In this document: piece after piece, positions 47,501-62,500 of the stretch
How the letters are laid out: each line of letters starts with the position of its first letter
Position numbering within the stretch: position 1 is the first letter of the stretch
DNA from: Auanema rhodensis
Taxonomy: Eukaryota; Animalia; Nematoda
Direction of reading: 5' to 3'
Length of the DNA stretch: 64,000 nucleotides
Assembly (NCBI GenBank): GCA_964057225.1
Contig: OZ059899.1
Coordinates: 2,356,001 to 2,420,000, forward strand
Notes under the pieces: generated by a model
What the model saw: the letters and a program-made list of their open reading frames with translations, nothing else
What the model was told of the DNA's origin: nothing
The model's database searches: none
Position numbers and translations under genes: made by a program

Positions 47501-50500
47501 TGTACATGGAAACTCAACATACACTAATGCATCATTTTTCAAACAATCATAACTAATTTGTGTATTAAGCGTTTCTCAATGTAATATAGTGCATTCGATG
47601 CGGATTTTTAAGCTGCGTCGATCTGTGTTATCAGATTTGCGCTAGCTTAAAAATGCACCGAGATATCAACTGATATAAGTTCACACTTATATCCTCGATT
47701 TTCACCCTGAAGAATTGATTTTTTCGTTGAATAACATTGTCTATCGTCTTTGCCTTGAAAAATGGAATCTAAAAACATCTACTTTTTGCTAAATTATTTT
47801 GAAATTTTTCGAAAAAATTTTTGTCAAAATGTTTTTGGAAGCAATGTTGAGTGTACATGGAAACTCAACATACACTAATGCATCATTTTTCAAACGATCA
47901 TAACTAATTTTTGTATCAAACGTTTCTCAATGTAGTATAGTGCATTCGATGCGGATTTTTAAGCTGCGTCGATCTGTGTTATCAGATTTGCGCTAGCTTA
48001 AAAATGCACCGAGATATCAACTGATATAAGTTCACACTTATATCCTCGATTTTCACCCTGAAGAATTGATTTTTTCGTTGAATAACATTGTCTATCGTCT
48101 TTGCCTTGAAAAATGGAATCTAAAAACATCTACTTTTTGCTAAATTATTTTGAAATTTTTCGAAAAAATTTTTGTCAAAATGTTTTTGGAAGCAATGTTG
48201 AGTGTACATGGAAACTCAACATACACTAATGCATCATTTTTCAAACGATCATAACTAATTTTTGTATCAAACGTTTCTCAATGTAGTATAGTGCATTCGA
48301 TGCGGATTTTTAAGCTGCGTCGATCTGTGTTATCAGATTTGCGCTAGCTTAAAAATGCACCGAGATATCAACTGATATAAGTTCACACTTATATCCTCGA
48401 TTTTCACCCTGAAGAATTAATTTTTTCGTTGAATAACATTGTCCATCGTCTTTGCCTTGAAAAATGGAATCTAAAAACATCTACTTTTTGCTAAATTATT
48501 TTGAAATTTTTGGAAAACATTTTTGTCAAAATGTTTTTGGAAGCAATGTTGAGTGTACATGGAAACTCAACATACACTAATGCATCATTTTTCAAACAAT
48601 CATAACTAATTTGTGTATTAAGCGTTTCTCAATGTAGTATAGTGCATTCGATGCGGATTTTTAAGCTGCGTCGATCTGTGTTATCAGATTTGCGCTAGCT
48701 TAAAAATGCACCGAGATATCAACTGATATAAGTTCACACTTATATCCTCGATTTTCACCCTGAAGAATTAATTTTTTCGTTGAATAACATTGTCCATCGT
48801 CTTTGCCTTGGAAAATGGAATCTAAAAACATCTACTTTTTGCTAAATTATTTTGAAATTTTTCGAAAAAATTTTTGTCAAAATGTTTTTGGAAGCAATGT
48901 TGAGTGTACATGGAAACTCAACATACACTAATGCATCATTTTTCAAACAATCATAACTAATTTGTGTATTAAGCGTTTCTCAATGTAGTATAGTGCATTC
49001 GATGCGGATTTTTAAGCTGCGTCGATCTGTGTTATCAGATTTGCGCTAGCTTAAAAATGCACCGAGATATCAACTGATATAAGTTCACACTTATATCCTC
49101 GATTTTCACCCTGAAGAATTGATTTTTTCGTTGAATAACATTGTCTATCGTCTTTGCCTTGAAAAATGGAATCTAAAAACATCTACTTTTTGCTAAATTA
49201 TTTTGAAATTTTTCGAAAAAATTTTTGTCAAAATGTTTTTGGAAGCAATGTTGAGTGTACATGGAAACTCAACATACACTAATGCATCATTTTTCAAACG
49301 ATCATAACTAATTTTTGTATCAAACGTTTCTCAATGTAGTATAGTGCATTCGATGCGAATTTTTAAGCTGCGTCGATCTGTGTTATCAGATTTGCGCTAG
49401 CTTAAAAATGCACCGAGATATCAACTGATATAAGTTCACACTTATATCCTCGATTTTCACCCTGAAGAATTAATTTTTTCGTTGAATAACATTGTCCATC
49501 GTCTTTGCCTTGAAAAATGGAATCTAAAAACATCTACTTTTTGCTAAATTATTTTGAAATTTTTGGAAAACATTTTTGTCAAAATGTTTTTGGAAGCAAT
49601 GTTGAGTGTACATGGAAACTCAACATACACTAATGCATCATTTTTCAAACAATCATAACTAATTTGTGTATTAAGCGTTTCTCAATGTAGTATAGTGCAT
49701 TCGATGCGGATTTTTAAGCTGCGTCGATCTGTGTTATCAGATTTGCGCTAGCTTAAAAATGCACCGAGATATCAACTGATATAAGTTCACACTTATATCC
49801 TCGATTTTCACCCTGAAGAATTGATTTTTTCGTTGAATAACATTGTCTATCGTCTTTGCCTTGAAAAATGGAATCTAAAAACATCTACTTTTTGCTAAAT
49901 TATTTTGAAATTTTTCGAAAAAATTTTTGTCAAAATGTTTTTGGAAGCAATGTTGAGTGTACATGGAAACTCAACATACACTAATGCATCATTTTTCAAA
50001 CGATCATAACTAATTTTTGTATCAAGCGTTTCTCAATGTAGTATAGTGCATTCGATGCGGATTTTTAAGCTGCGTCGATCTGTGTTATCAGATTTGCGCT
50101 AGCTTAAAAATGCACCGAGATATCAACTGATATAAGTTCACACTTATATCCTCGATTTTCACCCTGAAGAATTAATTTTTTCGTTGAATAACATTGTCCA
50201 TCGTCTTTGCCTTGAAAAATGGAATCTAAAAACATCTACTTTTTGCTAAATTATTTTGAAATTTTTGGAAAAAATTTTTGTCAAAATGTTTTTGGAAGCA
50301 ATGTTGAGTGTACATGGAAACTCAACATACACTAATGCATCATTTTTCAAACAATCATAACTAATTTGTGTATTAAGCGTTTCTCAATGTAGTATAGTGC
50401 ATTCGATGCGGATTTTTAAGCTGCGTCGATCTGTGTTATCAGATTTGCGCTAGCTTAAAAATGCACCGAGATATCAACTGATATAAGTTCACACTTATAT

Positions 50501-53500
50501 CCTCGCTTTTCACCCTGAAGAATTGATTTTTTCGTTGAATAACATTGTCTATTGTCTTTGCCTTGAAAAATGGAATCTAAAAACATCTACTTTTTGCTAA
50601 ATTATTTTGAAATTTTTCGAAAAAATGTTTGTCAAAATGTTTTTGGAAGCAATGTTGAGTGTACATGGAAACTCAACATACACTAATGCATCATTTTTCA
50701 AACGATCATAACTAATTTTTGTATCAAGCGTTTCTCAATGTAGTATAGTGCATTCGATGCGGATTTTTAAGCTGCGTCGATCTGTGTTATCAGATTTGCG
50801 CTAGCTTAAAGATGCACCGAGATATCAACTGATATAAGTTCACACTTATATCCTCGATTTTCACCCTGAAGAATTGATTTTTTCGTTGAATAACATTGTC
50901 TATCGTCTTTGCCTTGAAAAATGGAATCTAAAAACATCTACTTTTTGCTAAATTATTTTGAAATTTTTCGAAAAAATTTTTGTCAAAATGTTTTTGGAAG
51001 CAATGTTGAGTGTACATGGAAACTCAACATACACTAATGCATCATTTTTCAAACGATCATAACTAATTTTTGTATCAAACGTTTCTCAATGTAGTATAGT
51101 GCATTCGATGCGGATTTTTAAGCTGCGTCGATCTGTGTTATCAGATTTGCGCTAGCTTAAAAATGCACCGAGATATCAACTGATATAAGTTCACACTTAT
51201 ATCCTCGATTTTCACCCTGAAGAATTAATTTTTTCGTTGAATAACATTGTCCATCGTCTTTGCCTTGAAAAATGGAATCTAAAAACATCTACTTTTTGCT
51301 AAATTATTTTGAAATTTTTGGAAAAAATTTTTGTCAAAATGTTTTTGGAAGCAATGTTGAGTGTACATGGAAACTCAACATACACTAATGCATCATTTTT
51401 CAAACAATCATAACTAATTTGTGTATTAAGCGTTTCTCAATGTAGTATAGTGCATTCGATGCGGATTTTTAAGCTGCGTCGATCTGTGTTATCAGATTTG
51501 CGCTAGCTTAAAAATGCACCGAGATATCAACTGATATAAGTTCACACTTATATCCTCGCTTTTCACCCTGAAGAATTGATTTTTTCGTTGAATAACATTG
51601 TCTATCGTCTTTGCCTTAAAAAATGGAATCTAAAAACATCTACTTTTTGCTAAATTATTTTGAAATTTTTCGAAAAAATGTTTGTCAAAATGTTTTTGGA
51701 AGCAATGTTGAGTGTACATGGAAACTCAACATACACTAATGCATCATTTTTCAAACGATCATAACTAATTTTTGTATCAAGCGTTTCTCAATGTAGTATA
51801 GTGCATTCGATGCGGATTTTTAAGCTGCGTCGATCTGTGTTATCAGATTTGCGCTAGCTTAAAGATGCACCGAGATATCAACTGATATAAGTTCACACTT
51901 ATATCCTCGATTTTCACCCTGAAGAATTAATTTTTTCGTTGAATAACATTGTCCATCGTCTTTGCCTTGGAAAATGGAATCTAAAAACATCTACTTTTTG
52001 CTAAATTATTTTGAAATTTTTGGAAAAAATTTTTGTCAAAATGTTTTTGGAAGCAATGTTGAGTGTACATGGAAACTCAACATACACTAATGCATCATTT
52101 TTCAAACGATCATAACTAATTTTTGTATCAAACGTTTCTCAATGTAGTATAGTGCATTCGATGCGGATTTTTAAGCTGCGTCGATCTGTGTTATCAGATT
52201 TGCGCTAGCTTAAAAATGCACCGAGATATCAACTGATATAAGTTCACACTTATATCCTCGCTTTTCACCCTGAAGAATTGATTTTTTCGTTGAATAACAT
52301 TGTCTATCGTCTTTGCCTTGAAAAATAGAATCTAAAAACATCTACTTTTTGCTAAATTATTTTGAAATTTTTCGAAAAAATTTTTGTCAAAATGTTTTTG
52401 GAAGCAATGTTGAGTGTACATGGAAATTCAACATACACTAATGCATCATTTTTCAAACAATCATAACTAATTTGTGTATTAAGCGTTTCTCAATGTAGTA
52501 TAGTGCATTCGATGCGGATTTTTAAGCTGCGTCGATCTGTGTTATCAGATTTGCGCTAGCTTAAAAATGCACCGAGATATCAACTGATATAAGTTCACAC
52601 TTATATCCTCGATTTTCACCCTGAAGAATTAATTTTTTCGTTGAATAACATTGTCCATCGTCTTTGCCTTGAAAAATGGAATCTAAAAACATCTACTTTT
52701 TGCTAAATTATTTTGAAATTTTAGGAAAAAATTTTTGTCAAAATGTTTTTGGAAGCAATGTTGAGTGTACATGGAAACTCAACATACACTAATGCATCAT
52801 TTTTCAAACAATCATAACTAATTTGTGTATTAAGCGTTTCTCAATGTAGTATAGTGCATTCGATGCGGATTTTTAAGCTGCGTCGATCTGTGTTATCAGA
52901 TTTGCGCTAGCTTAAAGATGCACCGAGATATCAACTGATATAAGTTCACACTTATATCCTCGATTTTCACCCTGAAGAATTAATTTTTTCGTTGAATAAC
53001 ATTGTCCATCGTCTTTGCCTTGGAAAATGGAATCTAAAAACATCTACTTTTTGCTAAATTATTTTGAAATTTTTGGAAAAAATCTTTGTCAAAATGTTTT
53101 TGGAAGCAATGTTGAGTGTACATGGAAACTCAACATACACTAATGCATCATTTTTCAAACGATCATAACTAATTTTTGTATCAAACGTTTCTCAATGTAG
53201 TATATTGCATTCGATGCGGATTTTTAAGCTGCGTCAATCTGTGTTATCAGATTTGCGCTAGCTTAAAAATGCACCGAGATATCAACTGATATAAGTTCAC
53301 ACTTATATCCTCGATTTTCACCCTGAAGAATTGATTTTTTCGTTGAATAACATTGTCTATCGTCTTTGCCTTGAAAAATAGAATCTAAAAACATCTACTT
53401 TTTGCTAAATTATTTTGAAATTTTTCGAAAAAATTTTTGTCAAAATGTTTTTGGAAGCAATGTTGAGTGTACATGGAAATTCAACATACACTAATGCATC

Positions 53501-56500
53501 ATTTTTCAAACAATCATAACTAATTTGTGTATTAAGCGTTTCTCAATGTAGTATAGTGCATTCGATGCGGATTTTTGAGCTGCGTCGATCTGTGTTATCA
53601 GATTTGCGCTAGCTTAAAAATGCACCGAGATATCAACTGATATAAGTTCACACTTATATCCTCGATTTTCACCCTGAAGAATTGATTTTTTCGTTGAATA
53701 ACATTGTCTATCGTTTTTGCCTTGAAAAATGGAATTTAAAAACATCTACTTTTTGCTAAATTATTTTGAAATTTTTCGAAAAAATTTTTGTCAAAATGTT
53801 TTTGGAAGCAATGTTGAGTGTACATGGAAACTCAACATACACTAATGCATCATTTTTCAAACAATCATAACTAATTTGTGTATTAAGCTTTTCTCAATGT
53901 AGTATAGTGCATTCGATGCGGATTTTTAAGCTGCGTCGATCTGTGTCATCAGATTTGCGCTAGCTTAAAAATGCACCGAGATATCAACTGATATAAGTTC
54001 ACACTTATATCCTCGATTTTCACCCTGAAGAATTGATTTTTTCGTTGAATAACATTGTCTATCGTCTTTGCCTTGAAAAATGGAATCTAAAAACATCTAC
54101 TTTTTGCTAAATTATTTTGAAATTTTTCGAAAAAATTTTTGTCAAAATGTTTTTGGAAGCAATGTTGAGTGTACATGGAAACTCAACATACACTAATGCA
54201 TCATTTTTCAAACGATCATAACTAATTTTTGTATCAAGCGTTTCTCAATGTAGTATAGTGCATTCGATGCGGATTTTTAAGCTGCGTCGATCTGTGTTAT
54301 CAGATTTGCGCTAGCTTAAAAATGCACCGAGATATCAACTGATATAAGTTCACACTTATATCCTCGATTTTCACCCTGAAGAATTAATTTTTTCGTTGAA
54401 TAACATTGTCCATCGTCTTTGCCTTGAAAAATGGAATCTAAAAACATCTACTTTTTGCTAAATTATTTTGAAATTTTTGGAAAAAATTTTTGTCAAAATG
54501 TTTTTGGAAGCAATGTTGAGTGTACATGGAAACTCAACATACACTAATGCATCATTTTTCAAACAATCATAACTAATTTGTGTATTAAGCGTTTCTCAAT
54601 GTAGTATAGTGCATTCGATGCGGATTTTTAAGCTGCGTCGATCTGTGTTATCAGATTTGCGCTAGCTTAAAAATGCACCGAGATATCAACTGATATAAGT
54701 TCACACTTATATCCTCGATTTTCACCCTGAAGAATTGATTTTTTCGTTGAATAACATTGTCTATCGTCTTTGCCTTGAAAAATGGAATCTAAAAACATCT
54801 ACTTTTTGCTAAATTATTTTGAAATTTTTCGAAAAAATTTTTGTCAAAATGTTTTTGGAAGCAATGTTGAGTGTACATGGAAACTCAACATACACTAATG
54901 CATCATTTTTCAAACGATCATAACTAATTTTTGTATCAAGCGTTTCTCAATGTAGTATAGTGCATTCGATGCGGATTTTTAAGCTGCGTCGATCTGTGTT
55001 ATCAGATTTGCGCTAGCTTAAAAATGCACCGAGATATCAACTGATATAAGTTCACACTTATATCCTCGATTTTCACCCTGAAGAATTGATTTTTTCGTTG
55101 AATACCATTGTCTATCGTCTTTGCCTTGAAAAATGGAATTTAAAAACATCTACTTTTTGCTAAATTATTTTGAAATTTTTCGAAAACATTTTTGTCAAAA
55201 TGTTTTTGGAAGCAATGTTGAGTGTACATGGAAACTCAACATACACTAATGCATCATTTTTCAAACGATCATAACTAATTTTTGTATCAAGCGTTTCTCA
55301 ATGTAGTATAGTGCATTCGATGCGGATTTTTAAGCTGCGTCGATCTGTGTTATCAGATTTGCGCTAGCTTAAAAATGCACCGAGATATCAACTGATATAA
55401 GTTCACACTTATATCCTCGATTTTCACCCTGAAGAATTAATTTTTTCGTTGAATAACATTGTCCATCGTCTTTGCCTTGGAAAATGGAATCTAAAAACAT
55501 CTACTTTTTGCTAAATTATTTTGAAATTTTTGGAAAAAATTTTTGTCAAAATGTTTTTGGAAGCAATGTTGAGTGTACATGGAAACTCAACATACACTAA
55601 TGCATCATTTTTCAAACGATCATAACTAATTTTTGTATCAAACGTTTCTCAATGTAGTATAGTGCATTCGATGCGGATTTTTAAGCTGCGTCGATCTGTG
55701 TCATCAGATTTGCGCTAGCTTAAAAATGCACCGAGATATCAACTGATATAAGTTCACACTTATATCCTCGATTTTCACCCTGAAGAATTGATTTTTTTGT
55801 TGAATAACATTGTCTATCGTCTTTGCCTTGAAAAATGGAATCTAAAAACATCTACTTTTTGCTAAATTATTTTGAAATTTTTCGAAAAAATTTTTGTCAA
55901 AATGTTTTTGGAAGCAATGTTGAGTGTACATGGAAACTCAACATACACTAATGCATCATTTTTCAAACGATCATAACTAATTTTTGTATCAAGCGTTTCT
56001 CAATGTAGTATAGTGCATTCAATGCGGATTTTTAAGCTGCGTCGATCTGTGTTATCAGATTTGCGCTAGCTTAAAAATGCACCGAGATATCAACTGATAT
56101 AAGTTCACACTTATATCCTCGATTTTCACCCTGAAGAATTAATTTTTTCGTTGAATAACATTGTCCATCGTCTTTGCCTTGAAAAATGGAATCTAAAAAC
56201 ATCTACTTTTTGCTAAATTATTTTGAAATTTTTGGAAAAAATTTTTGTCAAAATGTTTTTGGAAGCAATGTTGAGTGTACATGGAAACTCAACATACACT
56301 AATGCATCATTTTTCAAACGATCATAACTAATTTTTGTATCAAACGTTTCTCAATGTAGTATAGTGCATTCGATGCGGATTTTTAAGCTGCGTCGATCTG
56401 TGTTATCAGATTTGCGCTAGCTTAAAAATGCACCGAGATATCAACTGATATAAGTTCACACTTATATCCTCGATTTTCACCCTGAAGAATTGATTTTTTC

Positions 56501-59500
56501 GTTGAATAACATTGTCTATCGTCTTTGCCTTGAAAAATGGAATCTAAAAACATCTACTTTTTGCTAAATTATTTTGAAATTTTTCGAAAAAATTTTTGTC
56601 AAAATGTTTTTGGAAGCAATGTTGAGTGTACATGGAAACTCAACATACACTAATGCATCATTTTTCAAACAATCATAACTAATTTGTGTATTAAGCGTTT
56701 TTCAATGTAGTATAGTGCATTCGATGCGGATTTTTAAGCTGCGTCGATCTGTGTCATCAGATTTGCGCTAGCTTAAAAATGCACCGAGATATCAACTGAT
56801 ATAAGTTCACACTTATATCCTCGATTTTCACCCTGAAGAATTGATTTTTTCGTTGAATAACATTGTCTATCGTCTTTGCCTTGAAAAATGGAATCTAAAA
56901 ACATCTACTTTTTGCTAAATTATTTTGAAATTTTTCGAAAAAATTTTTGTCAAAATGTTTTTGGAAGCAATGTTGAGTGTACATGGAAACTCAACATACA
57001 CTAATGCATCATTTTTCAAACGATCATAACTAATTTTTGTATCAAGCGTTTCTCAATGTAGTATAGTGCATTCAATGCGGATTTTTAAGCTGCGTCGATC
57101 TGTGTTATCAGATTTGCGCTAGCTTAAAAATGCACCGAGATATCAACTGATATAAGTTCACACTTATATCCTCGATTTTCACCCTGAAGAATTAATTTTT
57201 TCGTTGAATAACATTGTCCATCGTCTTTGCCTTGAAAAATGGAATCTAAAAACATCTACTTTTTGCTAAATTATTTTGAAATTTTTGGAAAAAATTTTTG
57301 TCAAAATGTTTTTGGAAGCAATGTTGAGTGTACATGGAAACTCAACATACACTAATGCATCATTTTTCAAACAATCATAACTAATTTGTGTATTAAGCGT
57401 TTCTCAATGTAGTATAGTGCATTCGATGCGGATTTTTAAGCTGCGTCGATCTGTGTTATCAGATTTGCGCTAGCTTAAAAATGCACCGAGATATCAACTG
57501 ATATAAGTTCACACTTATATCCTCGATTTTCACCCTGAAGAATTAATTTTTTCGTTGAATAACATTGTCCATCGTCTTTGCCTTGGAAAATGGAATCTAA
57601 AAACATCTACTTTTTGCTAAATTATTTTGAAATTTTTGGAAAAAATCTTTGTCAAAATGTTTTTGGAAGCAATGTTGAGTGTACATGGAAACTCAACATA
57701 CACTAATGCATCATTTTTCAAACGATCATAACTAATTTTTGTATCAAACGTTTCTCAATGTAGTATATTGCATTCGATGCGGATTTTTAAGCTGCGTCAA
57801 TCTGTGTTATCAGATTTGCGCTAGCTTAAAAATGCACCGAGATATCAACTGATATAAGTTCACACTTATATCCTCGATTTTCACCCTGAAGAATTGATTT
57901 TTTCGTTGAATAACATTGTCTATCGTCTTTGCCTTGAAAAATAGAATCTAAAAACATCTACTTTTTGCTAAATTATTTTGAAATTTTTCGAAAAAATTTT
58001 TGTCAAAATGTTTTTGGAAGCAATGTTGAGTGTACATGGAAATTCAACATACACTAATGCATCATTTTTCAAACAATCATAACTAATTTGTGTATTAAGC
58101 GTTTCTCAATGTAGTATAGTGCATTCGATGCGGATTTTTGAGCTGCGTCGATCTGTGTTATCAGATTTGCGCTAGCTTAAAAATGCACCGAGATATCAAC
58201 TGATATAAGTTCACACTTATATCCTCGATTTTCACCCTGAAGAATTGATTTTTTCGTTGAATAACATTGTCTATCGTTTTTGCCTTGAAAAATGGAATTT
58301 AAAAACATCTACTTTTTGCTAAATTATTTTGAAATTTTTCGAAAAAATTTTTGTCAAAATGTTTTTGGAAGCAATGTTGAGTGTACATGGAAACTCAACA
58401 TACACTAATGCATCATTTTTCAAACAATCATAACTAATTTGTGTATTAAGCTTTTCTCAATGTAGTATAGTGCATTCGATGCGGATTTTTAAGCTGCGTC
58501 GATCTGTGTCATCAGATTTGCGCTAGCTTAAAAATGCACCGAGATATCAACTGATATAAGTTCACACTTATATCCTCGATTTTCACCCTGAAGAATTGAT
58601 TTTTTCGTTGAATAACATTGTCTATCGTCTTTGCCTTGAAAAATGGAATCTAAAAACATCTACTTTTTGCTAAATTATTTTGAAATTTTTCGAAAAAATT
58701 TTTGTCAAAATGTTTTTGGAAGCAATGTTGAGTGTACATGGAAACTCAACATACACTAATGCATCATTTTTCAAACGATCATAACTAATTTTTGTATCAA
58801 GCGTTTCTCAATGTAGTATAGTGCATTCGATGCGGATTTTTAAGCTGCGTCGATCTGTGTTATCAGATTTGCGCTAGCTTAAAAATGCACCGAGATATCA
58901 ACTGATATAAGTTCACACTTATATCCTCGATTTTCACCCTGAAGAATTAATTTTTTCGTTGAATAACATTGTCCATCGTCTTTGCCTTGAAAAATGGAAT
59001 CTAAAAACATCTACTTTTTGCTAAATTATTTTGAAATTTTTGGAAAAAATTTTTGTCAAAATGTTTTTGGAAGCAATGTTGAGTGTACATGGAAACTCAA
59101 CATACACTAATGCATCATTTTTCAAACAATCATAACTAATTTGTGTATTAAGCGTTTCTCAATGTAGTATAGTGCATTCGATGCGGATTTTTAAGCTGCG
59201 TCGATCTGTGTTATCAGATTTGCGCTAGCTTAAAAATGCACCGAGATATCAACTGATATAAGTTCACACTTATATCCTCGATTTTCACCCTGAAGAATTG
59301 ATTTTTTCGTTGAATAACATTGTCTATCGTCTTTGCCTTGAAAAATGGAATCTAAAAACATCTACTTTTTGCTAAATTATTTTGAAATTTTTCGAAAAAA
59401 TTTTTGTCAAAATGTTTTTGGAAGCAATGTTGAGTGTACATGGAAACTCAACATACACTAATGCATCATTTTTCAAACGATCATAACTAATTTTTGTATC

Positions 59501-62500
59501 AAGCGTTTCTCAATGTAGTATAGTGCATTCGATGCGGATTTTTAAGCTGCGTCGATCTGTGTTATCAGATTTGCGCTAGCTTAAAAATGCACCGAGATAT
59601 CAACTGATATAAGTTCACACTTATATCCTCGATTTTCACCCTGAAGAATTGATTTTTTCGTTGAATACCATTGTCTATCGTCTTTGCCTTGAAAAATGGA
59701 ATTTAAAAACATCTACTTTTTGCTAAATTATTTTGAAATTTTTCGAAAACATTTTTGTCAAAATGTTTTTGGAAGCAATGTTGAGTGTACATGGAAACTC
59801 AACATACACTAATGCATCATTTTTCAAACGATCATAACTAATTTTTGTATCAAGCGTTTCTCAATGTAGTATAGTGCATTCGATGCGGATTTTTAAGCTG
59901 CGTCGATCTGTGTTATCAGATTTGCGCTAGCTTAAAAATGCACCGAGATATCAACTGATATAAGTTCACACTTATATCCTCGATTTTCACCCTGAAGAAT
60001 TAATTTTTTCGTTGAATAACATTGTCCATCGTCTTTGCCTTGGAAAATGGAATCTAAAAACATCTACTTTTTGCTAAATTATTTTGAAATTTTTGGAAAA
60101 AATTTTTGTCAAAATGTTTTTGGAAGCAATGTTGAGTGTACATGGAAACTCAACATACACTAATGCATCATTTTTCAAACGATCATAACTAATTTTTGTA
60201 TCAAACGTTTCTCAATGTAGTATAGTGCATTCGATGCGGATTTTTAAGCTGCGTCGATCTGTGTCATCAGATTTGCGCTAGCTTAAAAATGCACCGAGAT
60301 ATCAACTGATATAAGTTCACACTTATATCCTCGATTTTCACCCTGAAGAATTGATTTTTTTGTTGAATAACATTGTCTATCGTCTTTGCCTTGAAAAATG
60401 GAATCTAAAAACATCTACTTTTTGCTAAATTATTTTGAAATTTTTCGAAAAAATTTTTGTCAAAATGTTTTTGGAAGCAATGTTGAGTGTACATGGAAAC
60501 TCAACATACACTAATGCATCATTTTTCAAACGATCATAACTAATTTTTGTATCAAGCGTTTCTCAATGTAGTATAGTGCATTCAATGCGGATTTTTAAGC
60601 TGCGTCGATCTGTGTTATCAGATTTGCGCTAGCTTAAAAATGCACCGAGATATCAACTGATATAAGTTCACACTTATATCCTCGATTTTCACCCTGAAGA
60701 ATTAATTTTTTCGTTGAATAACATTGTCCATCGTCTTTGCCTTGAAAAATGGAATCTAAAAACATCTACTTTTTGCTAAATTATTTTGAAATTTTTGGAA
60801 AAAATTTTTGTCAAAATGTTTTTGGAAGCAATGTTGAGTGTACATGGAAACTCAACATACACTAATGCATCATTTTTCAAACGATCATAACTAATTTTTG
60901 TATCAAACGTTTCTCAATGTAGTATAGTGCATTCGATGCGGATTTTTAAGCTGCGTCGATCTGTGTTATCAGATTTGCGCTAGCTTAAAAATGCACCGAG
61001 ATATCAACTGATATAAGTTCACACTTATATCCTCGATTTTCACCCTGAAGAATTGATTTTTTCGTTGAATAACATTGTCTATCGTCTTTGCCTTGAAAAA
61101 TGGAATCTAAAAACATCTACTTTTTGCTAAATTATTTTGAAATTTTTCGAAAAAATTTTTGTCAAAATGTTTTTGGAAGCAATGTTGAGTGTACATGGAA
61201 ACTCAACATACACTAATGCATCATTTTTCAAACAATCATAACTAATTTGTGTATTAAGCGTTTTTCAATGTAGTATAGTGCATTCGATGCGGATTTTTAA
61301 GCTGCGTCGATCTGTGTCATCAGATTTGCGCTAGCTTAAAAATGCACCGAGATATCAACTGATATAAGTTCACACTTATATCCTCGATTTTCACCCTGAA
61401 GAATTGATTTTTTCGTTGAATAACATTGTCTATCGTCTTTGCCTTGAAAAATGGAATCTAAAAACATCTACTTTTTGCTAAATTATTTTGAAATTTTTCG
61501 AAAAAATTTTTGTCAAAATGTTTTTGGAAGCAATGTTGAGTGTACATGGAAACTCAACATACACTAATGCATCATTTTTCAAACGATCATAACTAATTTT
61601 TGTATCAAGCGTTTCTCAATGTAGTATAGTGCATTCAATGCGGATTTTTAAGCTGCGTCGATCTGTGTTATCAGATTTGCGCTAGCTTAAAAATGCACCG
61701 AGATATCAACTGATATAAGTTCACACTTATATCCTCGATTTTCACCCTGAAGAATTAATTTTTTCGTTGAATAACATTGTCCATCGTCTTTGCCTTGAAA
61801 AATGGAATCTAAAAACATCTACTTTTTGCTAAATTATTTTGAAATTTTTGGAAAAAATTTTTGTCAAAATGTTTTTGGAAGCAATGTTGAGTGTACATGG
61901 AAACTCAACATACACTAATGCATCATTTTTCAAACAATCATAACTAATTTGTGTATTAAGCGTTTCTCAATGTAGTATAGTGCATTCGATGCGGATTTTT
62001 AAGCTGCGTCGATCTGTGTTATCAGATTTGCGCTAGCTTAAAAATGCACCGAGATATCAACTGATATAAGTTCACACTTATATCCTCGATTTTCACCCTG
62101 AAGAATTGATTTTTTCGTTGAATAACATTGTCTATCGTCTTTGCCTTGAAAAATGGAATCTAAAAACATCTACTTTTTGCTAAATTATTTTGAAATTTTT
62201 CGAAAAAATTTTTGTCAAAATGTTTTTGGAAGCAATGTTGAGTGTACATGGAAACTCAACATACACTAATGCATCATTTTTCAAACGATCATAACTAATT
62301 TTTGTATCAAGCGTTTCTCAATGTAGTATAGTGCATTCGATGCGGATTTTTAAGCTGCGTCGATCTGTGTTATCAGATTTGCGCTAGCTTAAAAATGCAC
62401 CGAGATATCAACTGATATAAGTTCACACTTATATCCTCGATTTTCACCCTGAAGAATTAATTTTTTCGTTGAATAACATTGTCCATCGTCTTTGCCTTGG

